Part shown: piece after piece, positions 40,502 to 50,999 of the stretch
Layout: each line of letters opens with the position of its first letter
Position numbering within the stretch: position 1 is the first letter of the stretch
Origin: Nanobdellota archaeon
GTDB lineage: Archaea > Nanobdellota > Nanobdellia > Woesearchaeales > UBA583
Length of the DNA: 64,000 nucleotides
Direction of reading: 5' to 3'
Assembly: GCA_022565615.1 (NCBI GenBank)
Contig: JAIUMM010000004.1
Location: forward strand, 622 to 64,621
The notes under the pieces: generated by a model
Told to the model about the DNA's origin: nothing
What the model saw: the letters and a program-made list of their open reading frames with translations, nothing else
Databases searched by the model: none
Program-made: the position numbers and the translations under genes

Positions 40502-42871
40502 ATGAATCTAAAATTTAATCAAAGTTGGAATAAAAAGTCTCAATTAACTATTTTTGTAATAATTGGGATAATTGTTATTGTTACAGTATTATTTATATCA
40601 ATTACTTCTTCAAGTCAGAGTAAAGTAGATATTGAATCTCAAACGACTCAGAGTTTAACACAAGAGTTTAACATTTATAATTTATATGAAGCAAGTGAGA
40701 GTTGTTTACTTTTAGCAACTAGGAAAGCTATATTACTTGCATCAGTAAGAGGAGGTTTAATTTATCCTCATGAACGCTCAATTGAGTTTCAAACTAGTTT
40801 AAATTCATTAGAATTTACTCAAATATATTTAACTAACTTAGAATTAGATTTAAATTCAATTCAAAGATTTATGCAACCAGGACTTACAACTGAGTTGTAT
40901 CTTGCAAGTTTAACTACTCAAGATGTTAAAAAAGATTTGTCCCACTATATCACTAGAGATTTTGTGAGATGCCAACTTAATTCATTTAATTCAACAGAGT
41001 TTAGTGATTTATCATACTCAATTTTAAATACTCAATCTAGAATACAAATTGGAGATAATTATTCTTATGAATTAAAACAAATGAAAGATATAAACTCTTC
41101 TAAAATATTATTATATAAAAATGATGGCTCAATTATTGAAGGAAAATTAGATAATGATAATAATAAAGTTGTAACAGATACATTTTTTGATAGTAATGAA
41201 ATTGTTGTTGCTGTACTAGATGAAGCATTTAAAATTGTAGTTGAGGCAGAGAATTTTAGAGTTGTTTCAAGAATTGAAACTATAGATTCATTTTCAAGTT
41301 CATCAACTGCAGTTGATAGAGGAGAGATTAAAGTACAGATTCAAACTCCTCTATTTTCACTTATTAATGATTTAAAAATCATATTTCAAACTAAAGTTAT
41401 GGATAGAAGTTTTAGTTTTACAAACCAAACTCAATTAGAACAATTAAGTTTAGAACAACCAATAATTAATAATTTTGAAATAAGAGTTAGTAATTTAGTT
41501 TCAAATGAAAATGAAATTTTTCAAGAAATAGTTTTAACATCTTTAGAAAATAGAAATTTTGATTTTGATTCAATTGTTTCATTATATAGAAATACTGCTC
41601 CTATAATTATTAATAATACTCCATTTGTAGTTCTAGATTCAACAAATCCTAATTTTTTATTAAATGAAGATTATATTGAGGGTATTGAACATAATGAATT
41701 TGAAGATAATTTTTTATTAAGAGGAAGAGAATTTGAATTTTTTGAAGATGACATAATTAGATTGCTTCCTAATGGAACATTTGAACTTAAAACTTCAACA
41801 GGATTTTATACATATACTTTTTATGCCACAGATGGTGAATTATTTACTCCATTTGAAGTTACTTTCAATTTAGCAGGTGCTACAAATGAAAATAATAGAG
41901 ATGTAAATAATTGTTTTGATATATATTATAACTTAGGAACTTTAGACTTAGGTTATGATACACTTAATACCATAATTGATAATCAAACTAGAAAAATTAA
42001 TTTATTAAGTAGAAATAATGATGGAATATTGAACTGGGTTGGAATAGTTGCAGCAGGTCAAAGTAATAATGTTCAAGTTTCAGTTGTTCCTAAATCATCT
42101 TGTTTTACATCTCCTCCTGCAACACAAACTTTTACATTAGGAAATGGTCAATTTAGAGATGTTTCAATTACTGCTGATGATATTGATGTTCCTTTTGAAT
42201 TTAGAATTGGTGCTACTGACTGTTTAGGACCTACTCCTTTAATGAGTGGAGATGGATTTACTGGAAGTTGTTGTAATATGGATAGAATTTTTGATTTAAT
42301 AGTAGGAGGATTTTATGATCAACTTCGAACTGAGGATTTTATCTATGAAAGTGGAACTGTTGCACTTATTGACGAAGAAGATATGTATATGTGTGTTGAA
42401 AATCCTCAAGCATCTCTAAATTCACACTGGGGAGATTTAAATTTCTTAAAAACTCAAAATCTTACAACTAAACTTCGAGTTGTATGTCAAGGAAATTCTC
42501 CAATTTTAGAAGAAAATTTACTTATAACTACAGGATCTAATAATTTAGGAACATTTACTCCTCTTGATTATCCTTCAAATACTGCTGAGATTAATTTTGA
42601 AACTACAGGTGATTTTTATAATGTATGTCAAGAATGTAGAATTCTTCCTGAAAATGAATCTTATGTATTAGAAGATATTTTTGGAAGTAAAATTTCAATT
42701 GGCTTTGAAGCTCAAACTCAAAATTCTGATGATGGAATTTATTTAAATGAAGATAGGACTATAGATAGAGTAGTAGAAGATGTATGTTATGAAGATTTTC
42801 AACAAAGACAATGTCAAAATGGAATACCTAGTTGGGTTACTATCTCTTCAAGTGAAGTTGATTGCTCCTAA
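40502..42871 (+). CDS. Large class III signal peptide (pilin-like) surface protein
   Basis: NKKS|QLTIFVIIGIIVIV; SCL...A...RGG motif shared with 58233-60383; Cys-rich C-terminal region. Confidence 0.75.
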   Translation: MNLKFNQSWNKKSQLTIFVIIGIIVIVTVLFISITSSSQSKVDIESQTTQSLTQEFNIYNLYEASESCLLLATRKAILLASVRGGLIYPHERSIEFQTSLNSLEFTQIYLTNLELDLNSIQRFMQPGLTTELYLASLTTQDVKKDLSHYITRDFVRCQLNSFNSTEFSDLSYSILNTQSRIQIGDNYSYELKQMKDINSSKILLYKNDGSIIEGKLDNDNNKVVTDTFFDSNEIVVAVLDEAFKIVVEAENFRVVSRIETIDSFSSSSTAVDRGEIKVQIQTPLFSLINDLKIIFQTKVMDRSFSFTNQTQLEQLSLEQPIINNFEIRVSNLVSNENEIFQEIVLTSLENRNFDFDSIVSLYRNTAPIIINNTPFVVLDSTNPNFLLNEDYIEGIEHNEFEDNFLLRGREFEFFEDDIIRLLPNGTFELKTSTGFYTYTFYATDGELFTPFEVTFNLAGATNENNRDVNNCFDIYYNLGTLDLGYDTLNTIIDNQTRKINLLSRNNDGILNWVGIVAAGQSNNVQVSVVPKSSCFTSPPATQTFTLGNGQFRDVSITADDIDVPFEFRIGATDCLGPTPLMSGDGFTGSCCNMDRIFDLIVGGFYDQLRTEDFIYESGTVALIDEEDMYMCVENPQASLNSHWGDLNFLKTQNLTTKLRVVCQGNSPILEENLLITTGSNNLGTFTPLDYPSNTAEINFETTGDFYNVCQECRILPENESYVLEDIFGSKISIGFEAQTQNSDDGIYLNEDRTIDRVVEDVCYEDFQQRQCQNGIPSWVTISSSEVDCS

Positions 42872-42873
42872 AT

Positions 42874-44814
42874 TTATAATCCTGAATTAATTATTGATTG
42901 TAATAATTCTTTAATATGTTTATTTTTATCTTTAAAGAATGTTTCATCATTATAAATTCTCTTTAAAATTAATTCTGGAGTTGATTTTCCAAGTTCATTA
43001 AAAATAGGCTGATGATTTGTAATTAAATTTCCTCTCTCATCAAGTCCTGTTGCACTAATACCATCAATTCTAATTCCTGTTATATTATTTGTTTCAATAA
43101 ATTGTTTAATATCTTTTCCTAAGTGAGATACTCCAATACAATAAATATCAAAATGATTTGAATTTGATATTTGAGATAAAAAATAAGTTAAAATTGAAGC
43201 AGCAGCACCAGGTTCAGTAATCGCTTCAAATTCATCAATCAATAGTAATTTACTTGTAGGAGTAGATAAGATAGTGAGTAATTCTCTAATTGTTTGTTCA
43301 AATGCTCCTGAACCTTGAGTTCCAGTAAATTTTTTCAAATAAATTATTTCTTCAATAATTGGTAATTGAGAATTTTTACAATTTATAGGAAATCCACTTT
43401 GAAATAAATATTGAGTTGATAATATTAATTCTAATAATGTAGTTTTACCTCCTGAATTTGCACCTGTTAAAACTGATACTTTTTCATTTTGTAATTCGAT
43501 TTGTTTATAACTTTTATCTTCAATTTGCATGTGTACTGATGTTGCATTAAGAGCATATGAAATTGGTGTACTATTTTTAATAAATATATTAGTTGCATCT
43601 TCAAGTAAAAGAGTTTTTGAAATACTTGGATATGATGAAAAATTAGATATAATTTGATACATTGAATTAAACAAATCATAACATAATAATAATTCAACTG
43701 CTTCTTTTAATTGTAGAGTTGTAGGAGTTGAAAATTTCATATAATACTCGATGTATTGACTGTTTTCTTTTTCTTCTATTTCTTTTTGAATATCATACAT
43801 TGTCTCTTCGTTGAGTTTTAGAGGGTATGTTTTACTCTCAAATAATATTTTTTTAGAAAATCCTAACTCTTTAAACTCAGTGTGAAGTAAATCTTCAAAC
43901 TCATTAATTTCATGTAATATTGCTCCTTGTAATTTTTTTTGTAAATTTTCAACATTATTAGATTCTAAGAGTTCAATTAAATCATCTCCTTGAAGTTGCA
44001 TTTGAACATTTTTAATTGTTTGCTGAAGTTCTTTATTTTTCAATTCAACTTTTTTAGGTAATTGTTGAACATATGAAATTATTTTTGAACTTTGTTCTTT
44101 AACATTATAATTAATACATTTTTCAATTGTTTGAAAATCCCAAGTTGTTGTATGCTCAATATTAAAAAGTTTTAATAGAGAAGATATAAAAGAAGTATTC
44201 ATCAAATTATTAGATTCAAGACTTTTCAAATTCTCATGAATTAATGTAATTTTCTCTAGTTGAGTTGAATTTTGAAACCCTTGTAGAAGTTCACTTAATT
44301 CTTTTGAGCGTAATTGTTCAATTTCTCCTAAGTATCTCTCATCTGAAATAATAAATGTGTTTGATGAAAAGCTTCCTTCTTCTTCAATTTTTCTAATTTC
44401 TTTTTCATCTACTAAAAATATTGAAATATACTCAGAAAATAATGTATGAATTTCAACATCAGTTGTATAACATTCAAATGGATATCTTAGAGTTTTCTCA
44501 AATGTATGAATGTTTGTAATAGTTGTGAGTTGAGGAGGAGATGAATTCTCAAGTAAATTAGCAAAAATATAAACTGACTCTTGAAATAGTTGTTGTCTTT
44601 TTAAAATTTCATCTTTATTTGTAGTTGGATAAAATGAAGAATAATAGTATAATTTTTCTCTTTGATTTTGAATATTTTTTAATAAAATTTGATCAACTTT
44701 TGTACTCACTTTTAAAGCATGAGGATTTAATTGTAACATCTCTTCTTGAAATTCTTTTTTTAAAGAGTTTAGAGTTGCTTCTTGTTCAAATAAAAATTCT
44801 TTTGAAGTATTCAT
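42874..44814 (-). CDS. Archaeal MutS-like (MutS2/MutS5-type) ABC ATPase
   Basis: Walker A LTGANSGGKTT, GSGAFEQT, Walker B LLLIDEFEAITEPG, SHL, RIDGI.A.GLD, STPELIL. Confidence 0.85.
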   Translation of the reverse strand: MNTSKEFLFEQEATLNSLKKEFQEEMLQLNPHALKVSTKVDQILLKNIQNQREKLYYYSSFYPTTNKDEILKRQQLFQESVYIFANLLENSSPPQLTTITNIHTFEKTLRYPFECYTTDVEIHTLFSEYISIFLVDEKEIRKIEEEGSFSSNTFIISDERYLGEIEQLRSKELSELLQGFQNSTQLEKITLIHENLKSLESNNLMNTSFISSLLKLFNIEHTTTWDFQTIEKCINYNVKEQSSKIISYVQQLPKKVELKNKELQQTIKNVQMQLQGDDLIELLESNNVENLQKKLQGAILHEINEFEDLLHTEFKELGFSKKILFESKTYPLKLNEETMYDIQKEIEEKENSQYIEYYMKFSTPTTLQLKEAVELLLCYDLFNSMYQIISNFSSYPSISKTLLLEDATNIFIKNSTPISYALNATSVHMQIEDKSYKQIELQNEKVSVLTGANSGGKTTLLELILSTQYLFQSGFPINCKNSQLPIIEEIIYLKKFTGTQGSGAFEQTIRELLTILSTPTSKLLLIDEFEAITEPGAAASILTYFLSQISNSNHFDIYCIGVSHLGKDIKQFIETNNITGIRIDGISATGLDERGNLITNHQPIFNELGKSTPELILKRIYNDETFFKDKNKHIKELLQSIINSGL

Positions 44815-44936
44815 ATCTTAATTTAACAAATTTGAGTTTATAAGATTGTGGTTTACCAAGAGTTGAAAATAATATTTATTAGATATATTAATATAAAAAT
44901 ACTAAGATTTATAAAAATTTAATATACTATTTAGTT

Positions 44937-45845
44937 ATGCAAGAAAAACATCTTCACAAAAAATCATTTAAAGAATATATCACAATGTCTCATTTTTCTT
45001 TTTTATTAAAACAAATGCATAAATACCCTTTTTCATATCTATTATATGCAATTCCTTCAATTCTTGTAATTTTACTTATTACTGAGTTATTATCATTTTA
45101 TTCATTTATTCAATATGGGTTTACACAAGTTCAAAATGAAGCTGAATTAGTAAACACAGTTTCAACATTTTTTTCAATGATAGGATTATATTTAATATCA
45201 TATTACATCCTAGATACATTTGTTGCAATATTTTCATATACACAATATAGACTTGGAAAACCAATTATTCAAACATTTAAAGAAGCTTTTAAAAGATATC
45301 CTAAATATTTGCTTCATAGAGTCCTGCAACTCTTAATTATTTTTTCACCTTTAATTGTAGGAGTAATTATTATTGTACTTTTTTCATATATTGCTCAATT
45401 CTTACTTCAAGCACCTCAACCTTCAACATTTGCAGTATTGTTTATTGTATTTTGTATGTTAATCATTTTAGGTGTGAGTTTTGCAATTAGTCTATTTTTA
45501 TCATTTAGATATACATATTTAGCAGTATCAACACAATTTAGTTCTTCTAATAAACTATTTTTAGTAAAAGAATTTAATACTAAGACAAAAGGTAAATTTA
45601 GAACATTATTTTTTAGAGTTCTAGTTTTATTTGGAATTATTTTATCATTCCAACTCCTTCAAAGTGTATATGATGTATTAGTTTCATTTATCCCAATTAG
45701 TACGTTAGTATTACTTTTTCAAATTATTGGTGTATTAATTTCAATGTTTATTTTTTATTTTATTAATACATATTTATTTTTTACATTTAAAGAAGAATTT
45801 GAATCTAAAGGAAATAATGCCTCAAGCATAAAGAATAAAAAGTAA
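44937..45845 (+). CDS. Polytopic membrane protein (GPDPase membrane-domain-like)
   Basis: Six-TM pattern with FKEAFKRY and KTKGKFRTLF motifs. Confidence 0.55.
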   Translation: MQEKHLHKKSFKEYITMSHFSFLLKQMHKYPFSYLLYAIPSILVILLITELLSFYSFIQYGFTQVQNEAELVNTVSTFFSMIGLYLISYYILDTFVAIFSYTQYRLGKPIIQTFKEAFKRYPKYLLHRVLQLLIIFSPLIVGVIIIVLFSYIAQFLLQAPQPSTFAVLFIVFCMLIILGVSFAISLFLSFRYTYLAVSTQFSSSNKLFLVKEFNTKTKGKFRTLFFRVLVLFGIILSFQLLQSVYDVLVSFIPISTLVLLFQIIGVLISMFIFYFINTYLFFTFKEEFESKGNNASSIKNKK

Positions 45846-45881
45846 AATTTTAAATGAAGTTAAATATAATAATTCTTATTT

Positions 45882-46631
45882 TTATTTCCAATGAGGTTTT
45901 CTTCCTAAGTAATAATACGCTTTTTCAAGTTTAATTCTATCATAATCTGGAATATATGCATAATTAGAAAATTGAGGATATTTTAATTTTATATGTTCAA
46001 TTATTCTTCTAGCATCATTTTCATTTAGTATTTGAAATAATTCCTCATCTCCTCTTCTACTATTTAAATTACTACTTGAATTATCATTATTTTTTTCAAT
46101 TTTGATTTTATTCTTATTTGAATTATCATTTAAAGTATTACCATCAGGATTATTATTTTCATTATAATTTTCATTATTATTCACATTCTCAAAGTTAAGG
46201 ATTTGTTGTTTGGTTTGAACTAATATTTCTTCTCTAGCTTTATTATTTGAACTCCCTTTATTACTTATAACCTCTTTAGATTCTAATTCTTCATATTGTT
46301 TTAATACTAAATCAATATCTTTAATTCCTCTTAAAATGTGTCTAATATCTTCTTTAATTGCTTGTGTGCATGCTCCAAAATTCTCTTTAAAAGTTTCAAA
46401 TACCCTACATGTGAAAGAAAAGTTTTTTGAATTAATTCTCCAACTAATTGTTGCAGAAATTGAATTTCTAGAACTAATTGATATATGTTTTTGTGTAACG
46501 CCAATTTTTAAAAGAGCTGAGTATAATTGTTGTTCATATTCTTCTATTGATAATTTTCCTTCAAAAGGAGTAGGTTTTATATAAATACTTTTCCCATTAA
46601 TTAAAAGTTCTTTTTTAGTATTCATTTTCAA
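45882..46631 (-). CDS. Hypothetical protein with Asn-rich linker
   Basis: Ordered N- and C-terminal parts joined by an N-rich low-complexity linker. Confidence 0.55.
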   Translation of the reverse strand: MKMNTKKELLINGKSIYIKPTPFEGKLSIEEYEQQLYSALLKIGVTQKHISISSRNSISATISWRINSKNFSFTCRVFETFKENFGACTQAIKEDIRHILRGIKDIDLVLKQYEELESKEVISNKGSSNNKAREEILVQTKQQILNFENVNNNENYNENNNPDGNTLNDNSNKNKIKIEKNNDNSSSNLNSRRGDEELFQILNENDARRIIEHIKLKYPQFSNYAYIPDYDRIKLEKAYYYLGRKPHWK

Positions 46632-46791
46632 TGTTTGATTTTAATATTTAATTTTAATGTTTATTTCAATATCTATTTTTAATACGATTGTGTTTAAGAT
46701 TATTATTTATATGAACAAATAGATACTAATTTTACTTATATGTTAATCATATTTAGGTTATATTTAAATATGTTTATTCATTATCATAAAT

Positions 46792-47526
46792 ATGGTTACT
46801 AAAAGAGCATTATCTAGATTTGAAAGACATTTTGGTTCAGTTTTAGGAGTTGAGAATATTTCTACTACTCTTAGAGATAAAGAGACTAATTTTAGATTTG
46901 AAAAATATTCGAAATTATCACACACAGAGTTTGCAACTCAAATAGTCGTTAATAAATCAGGTGACTATTTTTTAGATGTTCAAAGTGATGCAGGAATTAT
47001 AAGTAAAGTTGTTGTTGAAGAAGGAGTTAATATGAAATTTGATTTTTTTGCTCATTCTAATTCAGTTGTATTACTTCAATTTGTTATCAAAAAAGGTGCT
47101 AGTTGTCTTATTAATGGAGCTTATAACTCAAATATTGATAAAAACTGGATTTATGTAGAATTATTACATGAAGGAGAAGAGAGTAAAAGTGATTTAAAAG
47201 TAATCGGATATGTTTCGAATTCAGCTGAATGTGTTAATGATGGACTTGTACAAATTGGAAGAGGAGCATTTAATTCAAAAGGATATCAAACAATGAGTAA
47301 TTATGTATTAAGTAACTCTGCAAAAGTGTTTTCTGAGCCACAACTTGAAATATTTAATCCAAATGTTGAGTGTTCTCATGGATGTACTATTTCTCCAATT
47401 TCAAAAGAAACTATTCATTATTTACAAACAAGAGGACTTAATGAACAAAGAGGTGTTGAATTATTACAAAAATCTCTTTATTCAAGTTTTCTAGAAAAAG
47501 CTCAATTAGAAGTTGAAGAAGAATAA
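46792..47526 (+). CDS. sufD: SufD/SufB-family Fe-S assembly protein (short SufD-like)
   Basis: GLVQI..GA..S.GYQ...VLS..A....PQLEI....VECSHG.TI....IHYLQTRGL. Confidence 0.85.
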   Translation: MVTKRALSRFERHFGSVLGVENISTTLRDKETNFRFEKYSKLSHTEFATQIVVNKSGDYFLDVQSDAGIISKVVVEEGVNMKFDFFAHSNSVVLLQFVIKKGASCLINGAYNSNIDKNWIYVELLHEGEESKSDLKVIGYVSNSAECVNDGLVQIGRGAFNSKGYQTMSNYVLSNSAKVFSEPQLEIFNPNVECSHGCTISPISKETIHYLQTRGLNEQRGVELLQKSLYSSFLEKAQLEVEEE

Positions 47527-47673
47527 TTTATAATTATTTATTTATTTATTTAAAGTTATCTAAATTTCTTTGTTTAACTTTTTTTATTATAAATTTTAAT
47601 ATACTACCTAAATTTATTAAAATTTATTGCATTTGTTATTATTTTCAAACTAAATCTTTAATAATTATATTTA

Positions 47674-48525
47674 TTATTGTCCTACTTTATTTGTATATCT
47701 TACAAACATAATTACTAAAAACACTAATGATGTAAATAGTGAAAGCACTAATATTGATTGTGGGTTTTGAAGTAATATTCCAAAAATTGATACTATGAAG
47801 AACATTCCTACACTTGAGAGCCATAAAAATGAATTTGAATTAAAATATTGATAACCAAGAGTTGGAAGAAGTGGAAATAAATACCAAAATGCATAACTAA
47901 TTGTAATTAAAAGAAGAATAAAAATTATTGTATGGTGCATTTTTAAAAAAGATAATAATAAGATATAAAATATAAGTATTAAAAATGAATTGAAAAATGC
48001 ATAAGATTGTCTTACTGCTGTATTTTCTTGAACATATACGTGTCCCATCCCAATTTCAAAGACTTTTCTTTTTCCAATAAAGAGGTGATCTATTTTTTTA
48101 TGTGTGTATGTAAATAAATTATTTAATACTACAAATCCTATTGTTAATAATGCAATGATAAAAGAGAGTATTGAATAACTAATTGGTTTTTTAGTAAATC
48201 CTCTTTTTGTTAGTGTTTCATAAGGTTCTAAATGGAATCTATCAAAATAGAGTTCTTGGAATTGTAATTGAAATCCTTGTTTATATGCACAATATTTGTG
48301 AAATAAAAAATGAGTCCTTAGTAATATAAATGTCCAAATAGTTATTGGAATAATTAGTATTAGCCAATTTATATTTGTAAATCTAATTGCAAAGAGTGTA
48401 TATAATACTGAGAGGAGGAGTGATGATTTTAAAAATAAAGAATTTTCTACTTTTGAAAAATTTACATATTCCTTAACTTCTGAATTAGTGTGTTGATACA
48501 TTTCTACTATGTTTGAAACATACAT
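47674..48525 (-). CDS. Polytopic membrane protein of unknown function
   Basis: Multiple TM helices; HK..A...G and LFPLLPTLG motifs loosely recall a degenerate site-2 protease-like fold. Confidence 0.55.
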   Translation of the reverse strand: MYVSNIVEMYQHTNSEVKEYVNFSKVENSLFLKSSLLLSVLYTLFAIRFTNINWLILIIPITIWTFILLRTHFLFHKYCAYKQGFQLQFQELYFDRFHLEPYETLTKRGFTKKPISYSILSFIIALLTIGFVVLNNLFTYTHKKIDHLFIGKRKVFEIGMGHVYVQENTAVRQSYAFFNSFLILIFYILLLSFLKMHHTIIFILLLITISYAFWYLFPLLPTLGYQYFNSNSFLWLSSVGMFFIVSIFGILLQNPQSILVLSLFTSLVFLVIMFVRYTNKVGQ

Positions 48526-48555
48526 ATTTATAAATTTATATATTGTTTGTATAGT

Positions 48556-48936
48556 ATGAAAGATATTAAAATTAAAGGATTGCGTCCAACTTTAAGAATT
48601 AAAAAACGATTTTTATTAATTAAATATACAACCGAAGTTAATTCTAAAACTACACAAATGGATGAGAAAAAATTGTTATTTGAAATTAATAATCATCTAC
48701 TTAACATTTTGGGAACCCATCAGTTTGGAGAATTTGGTGTATGGTTTGTAAAAGAACAGTGTGATATGAAACATAATTTACTAGTTCTAAAAGTAACTAC
48801 TAGTGGTGTTGAAAAAGTTAGTGCTGCATTGAGTTTAGGACTTACTGCTGGACAAAATAATGTGAGATGTTCAATTTTAAAAGTAAGTGGGACTCTTAGA
48901 GGAATTAATGATCATAAAAAAAAGTTAGAGAAATAA
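48556..48936 (+). CDS. rnp2: RNase P protein component Pop5/Rpp14
   Basis: LRPTLRIKKRFL at N-terminus, KVSGTLRG at C-terminus; ATG at 48556. Confidence 0.85.
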   Translation: MKDIKIKGLRPTLRIKKRFLLIKYTTEVNSKTTQMDEKKLLFEINNHLLNILGTHQFGEFGVWFVKEQCDMKHNLLVLKVTTSGVEKVSAALSLGLTAGQNNVRCSILKVSGTLRGINDHKKKLEK

Positions 48937-49002
48937 TAAGAGTAAAATTAGTATAAAATAGAAACATAAATTGAAAGTATAAATTAAAAGTATAAATTAA
49001 AA

Positions 49003-49665
49003 ATGAATTCAAAACAAATTATTGAACTTGATAACTCTAATGAGTTATTACTTGAAGAATTAAGGCAAAAAACTTTACGTGAAATTAATGATGAATTATC
49101 AAAACAGGCTCAAAACTTAGTATTTGGAAAAGGAAGTAGTAAAGCTGAAATATTTTTTATTGGTGAGGCCCCTGGTGCAAAGGAGGATGAATTGGGAATT
49201 CCATTTGTTGGAAGAGCTGGAAAAGAATTAGATAAAATGCTCTCTTATTTATCTTTAAATTTAGAGGAGTGTTATATTGCAAATGTATTAAAATACAGAC
49301 CTCCTAAAAATAGAGATCCTAAAAAAGATGAGATTATTGCTCATCTACCTTACTTATTTGAACAAATTGAAATAATTAAACCTAAAATTTTAGTTCCTCT
49401 TGGCAATTATGCAACTAAATTAGTATTGAGTAACTTTAATGTAGATGAGATGAAAAAAATTCAAGGAGTAAGTGAATTACATGCAACTCTTCATACAATT
49501 TCTCTTGGAAGAGATAATATTACTTTTCAAGTATTTCCTATATTTCATCCTTCTGCTATGATGTATAATCCTAAGTTAAGAGATGTTTTTAAAGAAGATT
49601 TTAAACTGCTAGCACAATTTTTAGGAAAAGAATTTAAAGAGGAAAAACAGAAAAGTTTAATTTGA
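49003..49665 (+). CDS. udg: Uracil-DNA glycosylase, family 4-like
   Basis: VFGKG...IGEAPGAKED..G.PFVGRAG, N..KYRPP.NRDP, HPSA. Confidence 0.92.
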   Translation: MNSKQIIELDNSNELLLEELRQKTLREINDELSKQAQNLVFGKGSSKAEIFFIGEAPGAKEDELGIPFVGRAGKELDKMLSYLSLNLEECYIANVLKYRPPKNRDPKKDEIIAHLPYLFEQIEIIKPKILVPLGNYATKLVLSNFNVDEMKKIQGVSELHATLHTISLGRDNITFQVFPIFHPSAMMYNPKLRDVFKEDFKLLAQFLGKEFKEEKQKSLI

Positions 49666-49813
49666 TTATTTTCAATTTCATCTTATATCAGGCAATCTCA
49701 ATTCTATAAATATATCTTAATTTTTGTTACTTTCAACTTATTTAATTCTTTTTATAAAAATAAACAAATTTTTTAAAATAAATATTTAATAACTTGATAC
49801 GAGTTAAGTAATT

Positions 49814-50545
49814 ATGATTCAAAGATTTTTAGGGCAAAATGGGAGTTTTCTTGTTTCAAATTCTCAAGTTTTAGTTAAAGATGAAAAAATTCCTCAAGGA
49901 TTTTCAACAAATGACTTGGTTCAAAGGTATAATGCGTTAACGCCATTTCTTAATGGCAATGATGAAGATACTTTTCTTCACTTATATTCAGATGGAAGAA
50001 TTATTAAAAAAACTACAAATACTGATTATATTACAACAAGACTTGAACTCTCAATAGTTCCAACTTATTCTAATAATGATAAAAATGTTGTATTTAGAGG
50101 GAGAGGTGAATTAGTGTACTCCCCTCCAAAATCTAATACTCCTACTCAAATATATGATTTAGAATATGAAATTGAACCCTCAAAAGAAAGACTTACAATC
50201 TCTAAAATTAAGGATAGTAATTCTTCTACGATCTCAAGATTTGAGGATTTTAAAGGATATTTTAAAAGAAGAGGATTTACTATTGAAACACTCTTAGATG
50301 ATGTTTCAAAATATAGGAGAATTTTAAACCCTTATAACGCACAAATTGAACATTTAAAAACAAGAATTTCTAAAGGTTATGAACATTTAAAAGATTCTGA
50401 TTTAGTAAGAGAAGAGATTATAGGTTTAAATTTAGATGAAGTTATTGAATTAAAAAAAGAAGGTGGAGGAGGAGATGCATATGCACTAAATTATCTAAAA
50501 AGTCTGCATAGAAGATATCCTCTTCATTTTGGAAGATTTAAATAA
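49814..50545 (+). CDS. Hypothetical protein
   Basis: 243-aa ORF with coding-like composition; no recognised motif. Confidence 0.55.
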   Translation: MIQRFLGQNGSFLVSNSQVLVKDEKIPQGFSTNDLVQRYNALTPFLNGNDEDTFLHLYSDGRIIKKTTNTDYITTRLELSIVPTYSNNDKNVVFRGRGELVYSPPKSNTPTQIYDLEYEIEPSKERLTISKIKDSNSSTISRFEDFKGYFKRRGFTIETLLDDVSKYRRILNPYNAQIEHLKTRISKGYEHLKDSDLVREEIIGLNLDEVIELKKEGGGGDAYALNYLKSLHRRYPLHFGRFK

Positions 50546-50626
50546 ATTTAAAAAAATTCTCATCTATATAGAAAAAATGTTATCAAATTAAAATATTAAA
50601 AATAATTTATAAATAAATATTACTCT

Positions 50627-50815
50627 TTATTCTGCTTGTTTTTTAAGTCTTGTAATGTATCCAACAATACTATTTCTCATCTTTTTAGATGGAATTGTTG
50701 CATACTGTGTTACTGCTGCTTTATTTTCATCAAAGTTTGTAGAAAACTTTTCCTCTCCCATATTGTAAATTTTTTGACTTACAACTTTAATATAACGTGT
50801 TTTAATTCTACCCAT
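50627..50815 (-). CDS. rps17e: 30S ribosomal protein S17e
   Basis: MGRIKT..IK...FSTNFDENK...SKKMRNSIVGYITR. Confidence 0.96.
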   Translation of the reverse strand: MGRIKTRYIKVVSQKIYNMGEEKFSTNFDENKAAVTQYATIPSKKMRNSIVGYITRLKKQAE

Positions 50816-50999
50816 AACTTAAAATAAATAGGAATGTGTTTATAAATATTTTCCAAATTAATTTTAAAAAATTAATACTAATTTTCTCTTGTAATTAAAT
50901 TTCATTAGTAAATAAATCAAAATATTATTAATAATTACTCATTTAATTAATAATTCTTAATAATTAATTTTATAAAGTTAATAATATTTGTAACCAAAT

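Noticed and set aside
45882..46631. Resemblance of FTCRVFETFKENFGACTQAIKEDIR to the N-terminal domain of some phage J-domain-associated proteins
   Set aside because: Similarity is only impressionistic and there is no HPD-containing J domain; cannot be supported without a profile search
48966..49004. 13-bp tandem repeat ATAAATT(G/A)AAAGT x3 upstream of udg, and a 10-bp tandem at 31653-31675
   Set aside because: Short, spacer-less, low-complexity AT repeats; not CRISPR-like and expected at this base composition
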